Origin: Lytechinus pictus
Taxonomy: Eukaryota
Direction: 5' to 3'
NCBI RefSeq assembly: GCF_037042905.1
Contig: NC_087254.1
Location: 35,278,001 to 35,342,000 of the forward strand
DNA length: 64,000 bases
Shown here: one piece after another, positions 1 through 13,200 of the stretch
Layout: every line of letters starts with the position of its first letter
How positions within the stretch are numbered: the first letter of the stretch is position 1
Program-made: the position numbers and the translations under genes
Notes under the pieces: model-generated
What the model saw: only the letters and a program-made list of their open reading frames with translations
What the model was told of the DNA's origin: nothing
Database searches by the model: none

Positions 1-476
1 TGATTTTTGTTTTCAGGGTGAGGGAATTTTTATTTAAAAAATCACAACGAAAACTATTCCTATATAATCAAGGCAATATAGGCCTAGTAGTCAAAATTTG
101 ACGGATTTGCAAAAATCAGTAACGACCAACCAACTTAATACACAATCAGTACGTGCAGGTGGTACAATTAATGGAGGGAGGGGCTGCTATCTTGCCCTCC
201 CCCCATGGTCGGAAAGTAGCTAGGGGCTAATATAATGGAGCATCAGCATCATCCGCAGGATTGTCATTTCTAGCTCGGCCTGCAAAATGCCACTTTTCGC
301 TTTTTTTTTTGCCTGCTCGCGATCATGAAAATCTGTCACAGAAAATGATATAGGGTTTTAGGGTTCAAAGCATAAAGATTATTAGTATAGGCCTATATCT
401 TTATGGTTTAAAGTTAGAAACTTCCCTATTTTTGCCTCGACATCTCGTTTTTAGACAGGTGGGTTTTTTCAGTCAG

Positions 477-1015
477 CCCGGGGGGGGGGGGGGGCAGTCA
501 AATGTATTGCTAGTACACATGCGTGGCCAAATTATTTCCAAACACCCCCTGTATAGACTGTCGTCTGCTAGCGATGTCTTCTGCTTAACTACTACAATGA
601 TTCAACCCCCCTAATATAGCGCCACGCCCACGGCCACGCGGGCAAGTTCTGTGTGCAAAATAACCCCCTAAACCAAGTTTTTCACCGGCTTTAAATTTAC
701 ACAGTTTGGCTCCTAAACAAGTTGTCACCAGAATATGACCCCGGGGGAAAAACATACCCAAAACACGTTTGGCTATCTTTAAAAAAAAATGCAAAAAAAC
801 CCCAAACATATAGGGCCTATATACCTTAAAAACGTTTGAACCCGCGATTGACCCCCATATTGACATGTCTTTCAAAACCACCCTTTTTCTTGAAAATCAG
901 TGTTTTTTATACCCTTAACGAGTGGCCCGCTTCCTAAACTGAAAAAACTCACCCCTTTAAATGCGTTTTTTTTTTTGCCACGCATGTGTACAGCAATATA
1001 TTTGACTGCCCCCGG
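477..1015. mobile_element. Non-autonomous TIR element (MITE) just upstream of PICK1
   Basis: Long terminal inverted repeats ccg(g)ncagtcaaatgtattgctagtacacatgcgtggccaaa / tttgccacgcatgtgtacagcaatatatttgactgcccccgg. Confidence 0.8.
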
Positions 1016-1250
1016 TTTTTTTTTTAGGGTTACCGTTTTTTCTAGCCGAGAGGCCGAGAGTCAATTCAAGCATACCGTCAATCAAGTTATCGTGCCCCTG
1101 ATTTTCTGTACCGGTAGCTATGTTCATTCATCATACATCGGCCGTCTCTTTGTACGTCGGTATGTGAACAGCTGTTCACAACATCGACGAAAACCGACTT
1201 TCTTCAGTGCGTTTTGAGTTGTCTAGATAGAACGCGGCCAGAGAAGAAAT

Positions 1251-1279
1251 ATGGACTTTGAATTAGAAGAAGACAGGAT
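1251..1279 (+). CDS. PICK1: PICK1 coding exon 1 (MDFELEEDR-M, phase-2 donor)
   Basis: ATG 1251; AT|GTAAGT donor at 1280; resembles PICK1 N-terminal acidic segment (DYDIEEDKL); joins in frame to 15966. Confidence 0.9.
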
Positions 1280-4200
1280 GTAAGTATCTTCAAAATATCC
1301 TAAAAGTGCAATGTCAAGTAGTGTAGTCAGGTAGTCACCCCACACAACCGACGTCTAAAATCGGCGATATAGGTTATGTGCAATTCTGATTTATCTATCA
1401 CGAAAACGTGAAAATCTGTACCGCGATTGCGTGCCTGAAAGATTGCTCGCGCCATGCTGTGAAAGGAAATTATATCCAGAGTTCATGCATTGAACTTTTT
1501 GTAAGCGTGCCAAAGAAAAGCTCAAACATGTCAAAGATGAGTGGAAAAAGAGCATTTCCCCGTACCTCCTTGTAATATTTTAAATTCAAAGGATAAGTCC
1601 ACCCCATCAAAAAATAGATTTGAATAAAAAGAGAAAACTGACTGAACAATACTGAAAATTTCATCAAAATTGGATGTAAAATAAGAAAGTAATATTGTTA
1701 TGATGTGACATAAACTTTCGCTTAATTTCACAAGAAAGTTATACATGTAATTGATGTAGGGTCTATGCACATCCTAGTCAGTATGCAAATGAGGGAACTG
1801 ATAACATCACCCACTTTTTCTTTTATATTTTATTATTATATGAAATATGACATATTTTAATTTTCTCCTCATTGGCATTGCAATTAACATTTAACAATTT
1901 AAAATAGTTTCATTCCTCCCTGAATATGTGGAATTATCATTGTTTTATAATTTTGTGGTTCAGTCACATTGCCATCGGTCACTATTGTCAAATTTGTAAA
2001 AATTGAAATATTGTATAATTCAAACAATAAAAAAAACAAAAGAAATAGTGAGTTAGTTACATAATCGACTCTCATTTGCATATCATTGAGTAGACCAAAA
2101 GCTTCAGTCTCTGTATTTTGGTTGTTCCGCTGAACTGCGTTGGGTCCACTCACCAATACATAGACTGAAGAGTTGTTGGCCCGTACGTACGTATTAGCAG
2201 TAACGTTAGATCCAACATTCGGCGTATACCCGATTTTCGGATCGTTTTTTTGTGTACATAAAATGTCACATAAAAAGAAATTACATCAAATTTACTAAAA
2301 AATATATAAAATTCAGAAATATCGTACCTTAGATCGGAGTAACCGCTAATTCCTTTCAAATGATGATGAAAACATAATCATCTTCGATCCTTTCATTGGT
2401 CAACGTAAGTTGCCGTCTTGGATGACGTCATCATCCTTACAGACGTATTTACCAGTCGCCATACATGTATATTGCAATTTGTGCCGCTGCTTTGCGCTTG
2501 TAGATGTGCGTGCGTTCGAAACTTTTCGCTCGCATTGATTGGCCAGGATATCGAAAATTCTTATCGGAAAGCCTTGATGTGTGTGTGTGTATTTGAGTTT
2601 TGTCAGACGTGTATCAATCAGATATGATTATTTACGTCTGGGACCGACCTTTAACGTCACCATCCGAAAGACGTGACCAGGGCTCGAACCTCGAACCTCT
2701 GCATCAATTTGTAACTTCCCCAAAGCTTGGATTACAGGCGCACGCCACCACGCCCAGTTGATAAAAGCACAACTCGTTGAGCGTAGAGGGCAGCAACACA
2801 TGGCTGCCATTTTTTCCTCTCCCGCAGAAAAAATTAAAAATAAGGAATAAATCATCAGTAACGTATATTTTGGATATTTTCTTGCAATATGTATATCATG
2901 AAAAGAAAGAGTCTAACGAAAATAGTGGGCCTTCGTTCAAGATAATATAATGTCATTTAGAATTAAAAAAAAAATAAAAATCTAGACAAAACTTGGTTCG
3001 CCCGAATTGGTGGTCCTGATTACACATGCAGGCTCGCACTAACACACTACCGTCGGTGAATGGGGATGAAAGTAAAATGTCAGAAATTGTAAATAAATCC
3101 CCAGAAACAACGGTTATTCCTGTCTAATTATTGAGTTGTGCATATAACTGTTTTGTGAAAAAATAAGCAAAATTTTAAGATGTCATAATTTTCTTATTTT
3201 TCATCCGATTTTGATGAAAATTTGATTTTTCTCTATAAATTCAAATCAACATTTTTCTGGGGTAGACTTGACCTTTAAATACATGGCATAAAAGTTTTCT
3301 CCTTGTATTTCCCATCTTGGCGGGAAATTGCCAGCCCTGTGTTGAGAACATGAAATTTCTTGACTTGTTTTAGAATGTTTGTGTGCAAATTTGTGGCATC
3401 CATGTACTGGATTGCTAGTTTATGATTGATGCCTTAGGAATACAGAAATAAATAAAATTTGCCATGACTTTGCTCTCCTTCCCTTCTTCCACGTATGAGT
3501 GAAAATGTTTGACTTTTGAGGACCCATAAATATTTTTTACTTGTATGAACCAAAAAAAACCCTCTTGCATATAAATTTTCATACCAATTACCATATTCAT
3601 ATTGCTTAGGAAATGTCTTTTCAGATGATATACAGGATAGGTCAAAGGGTCTTGTTGATTTCGAACTGACATTTCTCTTCACAATTTGTAAAACTTGAAT
3701 CTACATGTATTTATAACTTTTAAGGTGTATCAAGCTGAGGGCTTATTATAACAGTAGGGACTTCAGTTGACAGTAGGGACTTCTCGTTGACCGCGATTGC
3801 TCTCCAAGCACAGTCAATGGGAGCCCATTGACTTTGTACACACTCACGAGCTGTCAGCTTTTGGCACGCGATTTGTGAATGAACTGAGAAAGACGTACTT
3901 GTGACATGTTGTTTTCAAAGGCTCGGGGCATTGTTCTGATTGGTCAAACCTAATAATTATAAAGGAACTGATGAATAAACATGAAAAATTAACGTACCCC
4001 AAAAATAGCCATGTTCGTCACTGTCTTAGAAGTGAAATGGTTTTTGAGAGAATATCTTCAGCTGGCACCAATGGGATTCGTTATATTTTGGTACGTACAT
4101 GTAGCATTATCATTATTATTTGTTGCTATTTATGAAGTTTCTCGATTTTTTATTTAAAAATGGCCATGCCTTGCTCGGCAGAGTAACATGATGACCCAGT

Positions 4201-7200
4201 CATTTTTTTAACGATTTCTTACTCGGTCCAAGCGAGCAGAGGCAGAACCCCCAGTTGATAATGACGTCATCATCATATGCCAAGTGGATTCGTCCACTGA
4301 TCAAGAGGGTCACTATTTTAAGTAATTATCTTTATCTAACACGTTTGAAAATTATTGAAAAATAATCTTATACGATGTCACAGAATAACAAGATCGATAA
4401 AGAGCTCAAATGATCATTAAAATCATCTTTTGAAAATGAATTCCACTGTTGGAATACTTTGTTCCCTGTGACGAATGGTATCGTGCCACAACGAGATTTC
4501 GTAATACACCCCTTGGATCATGCTCAATTCTTTTGCGATTAAACAAGATGGACCCTCTTTAATCAATTAAATTATCATCTTCGACACTTTACTGAGTGTA
4601 TTTACTATTTTAATAACGCTGATCTGCATATGACCTACGGGAAATGTAAGTGTGACCCTCTAGATCTATCTAAGAAAACACTTACGAACATTTTATTTCA
4701 TAATGTCGTTCAAGGTCATAATGCATGTGAATTTTCCAACCCCCCAAAATGGTTAAAAATTAATGTGCTTACTATTACGGTACTGCTAAATGACATAATA
4801 AAGCTCAATCTGCATTAAAATTCTGGTATAATTGACACTAAGGGGAAAATGTCATGAAATTATGATTTTATATTTCATTATCAAGTTCAAGGATATAACA
4901 TGTGAATTTCCCACCAATGGTTAAAAAACTATATGTGCTTACTAAAAAAATGACATAATAAAGCTTAATCTGCACTAAGATTCCTGTTGAACTGACTCTA
5001 GAGGGAAAATGTGATAAAAATTATGATTTCATATTTCAAGGTCAAGTTCAAGGTAATAACACTTCTGATATTCCAGGTGGTGGTCAAAAAATATTTTTTC
5101 ATTTTGAATAGCATTACACAGCATATTCAACTAAACATTTCCACTTTAATTGACCAGAAAGACAAAAATATTGAAAAATATGCAAAAATTGTGATTTAAT
5201 ATTTCATTAATTTATTATTAATGACCTTAACCATGCAAAAAATACATCAAGGCAAAATATAATATTTATACTATTTAACATTCTGCCAAGTTTCATAGCT
5301 GTAATGCAAAAAACATGGGAATAACACAAGTTTGAAAATATACATGTACATGTATTATTATGTCAGGTTTTTCATGGTGCCATTCTCACAACAAAGTAAA
5401 ACAAAATAATGACCTTTGACCTTTGGTCAAATATTATGTCCAATTGCCGAAACATAATTGGGCATAACCAATGACTCATTGGGTCAATTTTCAAAATTCC
5501 AAGTGTTCTGAGATCTGGAAGAGTTTCTCTTTCAAATGGTACATGTAGGCATATCAATTGCAAAGCTATTATCACAAGCTCTAAAAATCACCTGAAATGC
5601 CTAATAACAGCTTTGTTTTGCTTGAAATGAGACCAAGATCAATCTGTTGCCTCTTGTGTATATTAAAGTTGTCAATACCAAGTTACCAACCATCTGTTTT
5701 TACACAAGTGATTCTTAGTAGTATGTGGAATAATGCAATGTTTGTGTGAAGTTAAATGTGATGTTTTTTATTTTATTTTAAATGTAAGTTGTTATGCAAG
5801 TCAGCGGAGGCTGTGGTATGATGATAAACTAACTTAAAGGAGAATGAAACCCAAAATGTAATACCACTTAATATCATTGATAAGTAAATGATAATCAAAA
5901 TGAATCCACTTATACCCATATCCGATTTCCCAAAGTGGAGTACCACCTCTTCAAAGTTAGACTTCTTCACGTTCAAAGTCTCTGAATGGAGATCGCCATT
6001 GTTGCGAGGTTCGTTCAAAATTGTGACATCAGCGACGTACAACTGCTCTCAGTACTAGCTTCCATGTGCAGCTAGTCACAGGCTGAAACCAACCCCGAGT
6101 TCGCATAATATAGATACTTTTTTTACAAGAAATAAATATAATATACACATAAAAACACTTGAAAATATTATCAAAAAGCTATTCAAATTATTTTATGGTT
6201 TAAAACACAAATTGATGAGTTTTGATGAAAATGTTTACACATTTATTTACGATTACCAAATTGGCAAATTTGACAAAGCTAAATTTGTACGTAGACAGTA
6301 CAGCCGTCCCCGGCCACCCACTCATCACACGTATTGCGAGGTTAGTATTATAAGCCAGCACCGTAAACCGCGTTTGGCAGTGGATTTCTATCTAGTGGGT
6401 CGCGCGTGCTGGGATCTTCCTTCTGGTGTCCACAACACACGACTTCTGTGGCTTGATTTTTCTGTGCGCGGCAGCATGTAATGAACCCTCGAGTGCCGAC
6501 CGCCGGCCCACAACCGAGTGATCGTGTTAACTGTTATGTTGGAAGTTTGGTTCTCTATCCCGTTTGAATATCGTTAAATTGTTAATTGTGCTATTTTTCA
6601 ATATATCTAACGTTGTTTATTATTTGTTACCGTCGATTTTAAGTAAAACAAAACTTATCTGACGTTTGTATTGAAATAGAACTTAGTTAGAAGGCCCGAG
6701 AGCCTACGACTTCGAGTCCCAATACTCGGCCGAAGAAATCGGTAAAATGCTCGCTACGAATAACATCATTCCTCGTGAATTTTGAAGAATTGTTGTATTT
6801 CTCCACCTTTAGTGCAGCCACTCATTTTTTAAAGAGATTTCTGGCCTCTTCTGCGGATCAGGAATTTGGCAAAAGCTGCATTTTGTGCCCCTTTCTGACC
6901 ACTCTGGCCCATGTATTTTATGCTAGCAATCAAAGGCGAGTGCCGAGGTCGGACACCGAGTTGTACGTCGCTGACGTCACAACCCCCCACGGAGATATAG
7001 GGAGTATGAGCAAAATGGCGATCTCCACGGGTCTTTCAAATATCAAAATATTGATAACTTTGACTTGGCATATCATGGGAAATAGGAAACCATTCTGCCT
7101 CATTTTAATTTTATTTTACTCAGTGAAATGTAATCACTTTATGATCAGATAATAAATCTATCCTTTCATTTTCCTTTAACTATATACACTGTAGCTCTCA

Positions 7201-10200
7201 TTATCCAGGTCTCGACTATTCTGTGTCAATTTACAATGTAGCCCTCTAATGCAGAGCTCAAGTCTACATTCTGTTTGTATAGTCAGGATTTTTCTCTTTT
7301 TTTTAAAATGCATTTTTCTATTGAAGATATTTAAAAAAATGAATGATAACACTTAAAATTTTACAGCAGGAGGGGAAAAGGAAAATGTTTTATTTCTTAT
7401 TTTTAAACTATTATTTTAATTTAAATTAACTTTTTAAGAGTTAGTCACTGACTGGACAAGACTTACATCATGTCTGATATTCATGAACATTGTTTCCGCA
7501 AAATGACCTGAATACTTCCTTGCATTTTACAAAGAATATACACAGAGGACAAAGAGTGGAAATATGATATTTGCAACATACATGTAGTTATGTAAGGTTA
7601 GCAATAACTTGAAATAAAAATGAAAAAGTTGCAAGGCAAGGTTGAAAAAAGGTTTTTTGTCTTGTTATTTTGTTGTTTATGTGTTGCATACATGTACATG
7701 TACATATACCGGTATGTAAATTTTAAATCTATGCCATTTTGTTATGCTGCAATGTGTAAGTGTAGATTTCATTCAGAGGAAAATCATTCCCATAGGATGA
7801 AAACATGTAAAAAAACAACAACAAAAAACCCAAAACATTTTATAGTGAAGAGCCCTTTCAAAAAGGATATTGAGGGTTCCTTTTCAAAATTGCTCCTAAT
7901 TTATATTTCCTTTTTTGTATCAATATTTAATTTTCAGTGATACAATTTTCATATAATGTAATAGTAATCAGTGTTCTAGCTTGAACCATTTTAGTGGCGG
8001 TCACTATTTTACGGCATTACAAAGTTTTTTCAGGCGAGTTAGTGGTCTTAAAATTAAAGCCAAAAGTGACTAAGGAACATTAATGTATTAATCTGACATT
8101 AGGAAATCTTTGAAAAAAAATCAAATATAAGAATGTTTAATGTAAATTATGCAAATAAAACCAGATTAAAGATGGAAGTGGACGCAAAGCAATTCCTCTT
8201 TTAAATTAGTGGTGGATGGAATTAGTCTGTGCTGGTTGGGCCCAACAACTGCCGTCTACTGTACATGTACATTAGCTATAACACTGTGTATACTTGTATT
8301 TGTTGTGAATTGTTAACTGATCCTTTCAGCCTGCAGTTTAATCAGTACATGTAACTGTACCAAATTGCATATTCAAGGGGGGTGGGGGCAGGATTTGAAA
8401 AGAAATAATAATGATAATGGAGCACCCCTAAAATGCCTTCATTTTGGACTGATGGCCTTTTTTGTGGTGGGGGGGTTCATCTAATTTGGGGGACATAAAA
8501 TGCACCCCCTCAAAAAAAATTCTTGGCACTGTGCCTGTATACCCCGAAAAATGAATGAATTAATGAATCGCATAAGAAAATAGGAAAGCTAAGAAAAAAA
8601 AATGAGTCGTGCATTTCTTTCAAATTCATTTCAAAGACCACATACATAATACATGTAGGCCAATACATATAAAGTACATTAACACTGTTAAAAAAATCTG
8701 TCTTACCCTAACTTATGAAATCAGTCACTAGATACCAAACTCCTCAATAACTGAAATGCATGTATTCTGTTTTCATTTGCCTTTTATAATGCATAAAAAC
8801 TCCCAGGTTTTACTGTTGAAGTACTACATGTATGCATGTGGTGCAATACCAATATTATCACCAGTAAAAATGCAAGTCATTGAAATTTCATTCTTTATCA
8901 TTTGTCTGATGACAGTGCATTTTCTGGATTTGATAAACTTACAAATACTTCCAACTAGAAAATATCCACTGAAGAAAAGAATACTGTGGACACTTTGGAG
9001 TTTGGACACCAATTCACAAATTAGCGAATTGAAAATTACATAGTAAACAATGTGTTTACATACATGTACATCAAAACTGAGTGTACTGTATCATCCTGAA
9101 AGAGCTTGAAGTTGATTTTCAAGACTGCTGCCCTCTAGTGGTAACTACAGCACAATGTTTGATACTTGTTCACATCTTGTTACAAAACTGAAATGTCTTT
9201 ATTGAATGAGAACACATGTTTTAAAAAGATTTATATGCATGCATTTTGTAGAGCAATGGTTCATTGTCTGATTTGAATCAATTTAGAAGAAAGACAATTT
9301 AGTGTGAAAAAGGGAAGAAAGGAAAAATAAAAATAAAGGATAATATGAAAGTTGTGTATCTCTTTTTTTTTGTAATGAGCTCAAACAAAACATCAAGAAA
9401 AAATTAAAGATTGATCAAGTTTACTTTGATTTTTGTTTTAATCACTCTTTTTATTGAGATATGAACATGAAGGCCTAATATGTATGAAGTCATGTTATCA
9501 ATTATGACATTTCTCTTCCCCCTTTTCTTGTGTAAAACTAAGGTCAGAACCTGTGTTACTAGGCTTGTTTTTCCATGATATATTATCTACCAATTAAATA
9601 TGATTGCTGGAACTTAAAATTCTAAAAAAAATAACATTTGGAGCTGCTCACAAAGGTTTTCCATGACTTTTATAAGTGTATCCTCATTCTGTATTTACTT
9701 TTCAAAACATAGTATGGAGATACATGTACAAGTTTACATGGATCACAGAATCATTTATTACAATGCATTTACTTCATTTTCCATCAGCAAACCAAGATGG
9801 TTTTGTTTTGTTTTTCAAACAAGTTTTGCCATCAAGATAAGGTGGGGGAGTCAGGGGGACACATCTGGGGCCAATTTTCACAAAACTTGTTATCATAACA
9901 AATTTGCAATATAAATGTTTAGAGCTACTGAAATCCATCAATTTGATTGGCTGATAGTAATCTTGTGCATTTGTTGTTATTACATGCCTTTGTGAAACAG
10001 GACCTTTTTAGAGACTTTTTTCTGAATAAAGACTTAAAGTATGTATTGTTTGTTAACTGTACATAATGGTAATTTCATACACGTACTCATTTTTTTTCTC
10101 TCTCTCACTCTCTCTCTTCCCGTACTTAAAAAAAAAACAGAAATAACGTTTTTCAGTGCACTGTGATATTTCAAATTTATCTCCTCTATAAAAGATTTAC

Positions 10201-13200
10201 TCATGAACCAGGCATACATTACTGTCAAGTTGGATGGACTGCTATCGTCAAACAACATTGTGAAAAGTGTGTATGAAGCGCAAGTTGTACATATACAGCT
10301 ACATGTATGTGTATGGAGATTCTCACACCTAAAGCCTTGAGATAATTTGACAACGAAATAAATACAATACACTATTTTCATACAAATACCAATCAATACC
10401 AGTATTGTATCCCCTTCATTTGCATATCAAAGGAGAATAGTCTGTTCTCACATCGACTGGATGTCATTGTAAAAAAAAAAATGTTGTTCTTGGTTTGTGC
10501 ATGTCAGAGATTAAGTCTTGTACACAGCGATTGCACTTATACTCTTCTATTTCTGTTTACATTAATTCATGTATGCTTTGCAAATACTTCTTCATGTTTC
10601 ACCCTTGAATATAAGACTGTTTAGTTGGCTTGGTCTGTTGTAAGTTTCTTTGCTACTTTTAGGCTTGGTCGATCAAAGTTTGAGTGGAAACCTTTATGAA
10701 CCAGGGACCTTGGAAGTATGATGAAAAGGATATTAAGCCACGCTCTGGTAGCCCAGATCTCTTTTATTTCATGAAAAGCTGTCTATTGATTTCACATACC
10801 AGCACAATAATAATTCTTACATGTATTGGAGGGTTTTATTTTTTTCAACAAGCTGTCCTGTTTGCCTACCAGAAGAGTATCTGTGTAATCTTAAAAGCAT
10901 GTACATTTGCTCATACATGTATTCATGTACATTGTAGCTTCTATTTGGGATGCAGATACATTAATGGAAGTCGTAAAGTGAATAGGCCTATTTAAAAGTT
11001 TTGCATTATCTTAGGATACTTATTGGATCAGTAAAAGCGGCATTGTGGATCTGACCTGAGTGATTGGAAACTGACAAGAGTTTAAAAGGAATAATCAGCT
11101 TTTATCATTCCATCAAGATCATACTGGATTTGTCTTAGAGCCTGCACCATCACATTTTTATTATGAAAAGAACATTGTATCAGAAGAATGGACATTAGAA
11201 TGTGTTTGCAAAGTTTCCACAAACATTATTGAATTTGAAGATACCTGAATGGGAGAACAGTTATCACATACTTCAGGTTTGAAGTAATTCATTTGCTTGA
11301 TGGAACTTGTTTCTAGCACTTTTAGCAATGGAGAATGCATCCGTGAGATAGCTGCTTCATTATTCACTAAAGAAAAACTTTTAAAAAGGAACAGAGAACC
11401 AATAAATATTTCCATTAAATACATTATTTTATTAGAGACGATATGCCAGTGGAAGTTATAAAGACCCCAGAAGGATTCATGGCCTGTGAAGATAAGCTGT
11501 AAGTTAATAAAAAACATTTTAGTACCCTTTCGTTGAGCAGGGTACTTTAATATATTTTTTATGCGCAGGGAGCCCGTCCTACAGGACTTATTATGGTATC
11601 ACGTTCGGTGTCCGTCTGTCTGTCTACTTGTTAACTTTTCTTTGTAAACGTGATAACTTCAGTTTAACTTAACCTAGGCTCATATAATTTGGTGTGTATG
11701 ATACTAGCATGGATCCCAGGAAGCCTATTGATTTTGAGGTCAAAGATCAAGTTCACAGTGACATGTTTTCCTTGTAAACGCAATAACTTTAGTTTAACTT
11801 AACCTAGGCTCATATAATTTGGTGCGTATGATACTAGCATGGATCCCAGGAAGCCTATCGATTTGGAGGTCAAAAGGTCAAAGGTGAAGTCTCCACCTTC
11901 CACTTTTCTTGCTTGACCAATACATGTTCTCCATTTTCCGCGTTACAGGCGGGCGTATTATTTGCTCACCTTAATAGCGACACTCTTGTTAACGATATAC
12001 TTTAGATGTATTATTTGCAAATATAGAGTTTGAAAGTTTTTACATGTAGTGCTCTTGATATTTTGACCGTTCTAGATTGGATTGTATTTTCTTTGATATT
12101 TTGGTTTTAGGGATCTTGAAATTGATTTTATTTGACTTTAAAAGATTAATGTTCCTTCTTTTCTCTAAATAGTCAAATTTGTACATGTGAAAAGATGTTT
12201 TGGTTTCCTTGTTGCTGATTAAAGGATAAATTTATTGTAAAAATAGGATAATTTTATTGTAAAAAAAGAAAAAAAATGATGAAAAATATTTCCAAAGGTT
12301 TATATAGTGCATAATATTTGACAGAATCTCTATGCGCTTTACATAAAAGTAGTTTAGTCTAATACTAATAAACTTTAAATAAAAAAAAACATGAATGAAA
12401 AACTACATGTAACAAAAACTTTGCAACATACCGTACCTTTTAAACAAAACAATCTAACGTGAGAACAAACTACGGTATGTCTTTAAGAAGTACAAGTGAT
12501 GGCCCTCAGATGATTAGGCAATTTATTCCAGGTACAGTACAGGTGCTGCTAACAAAAAGCAAGGAGCTTCCAAGGCACGATCCCCAAACGAACATGTTTT
12601 AGACATTGGCGCAATTGATAAATTCTGGTTAGAAGAGCGGAGATTTTTATTGCGGGACACATCCAGATATCAGATCAGACAGATATAATGAATCAACTTT
12701 TCAGTGGTCTTTTTACACAAGTAGTTCTGAATTTTTGCAATTCTTCTCAATGAACACATTGTTGTTTTAGTTGAAGGTGTTGAACTGTTGATCCATGTGA
12801 AAGCCCAGATTGTGTGCTTTAGTTGTCTCATGTACATCCACCCCGTCTGTTTCAATACAAGCTGGTGTTAAAGCAGAATTAATCCTAGATGAAACATGAA
12901 TCACTTCAGTCTTCTGTGGGTTGATTTTCAAACTATTTCTTCGGGCCAAAGGCAGGACTTCAGCAAATCCTGCTTGTAGCATTCAGTAGATCATGTTTGA
13001 GAAAAATCCATCAAAGAATAAAAAAAGTTATTAGAATTTGAATTATTTGATTTGTGACGTCATATGCCAGCAACTTTTCTACATATCATTTGGTTAAATA
13101 TCAATGAAATGTCATTTTCTCAGAAAATCGAAAATTTTACTGTATCTCTAGTATATCAATACACAAATTATTTCACACCCGTTCCTAAAAAGAAAAAAAA

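Larger units (their letters stand above)
1590..3274. mobile_element. ~600-bp TTAA-type (Kolobok-like) MITE, copy interrupted by a ~1-kb insertion
   Basis: Termini aggataagtccacccc / ggggtagacttgacct+ttaa; colinear with intact copies at 18029 and 19940 except for 2091-3126. Confidence 0.85.

Noticed and set aside
2715-2758. Human Alu contamination or a genuine 7SL gene
   Set aside because: The match covers only ~45 nt, lacks the rest of Alu and the SRP S domain, and is embedded in continuous host-type repeats.
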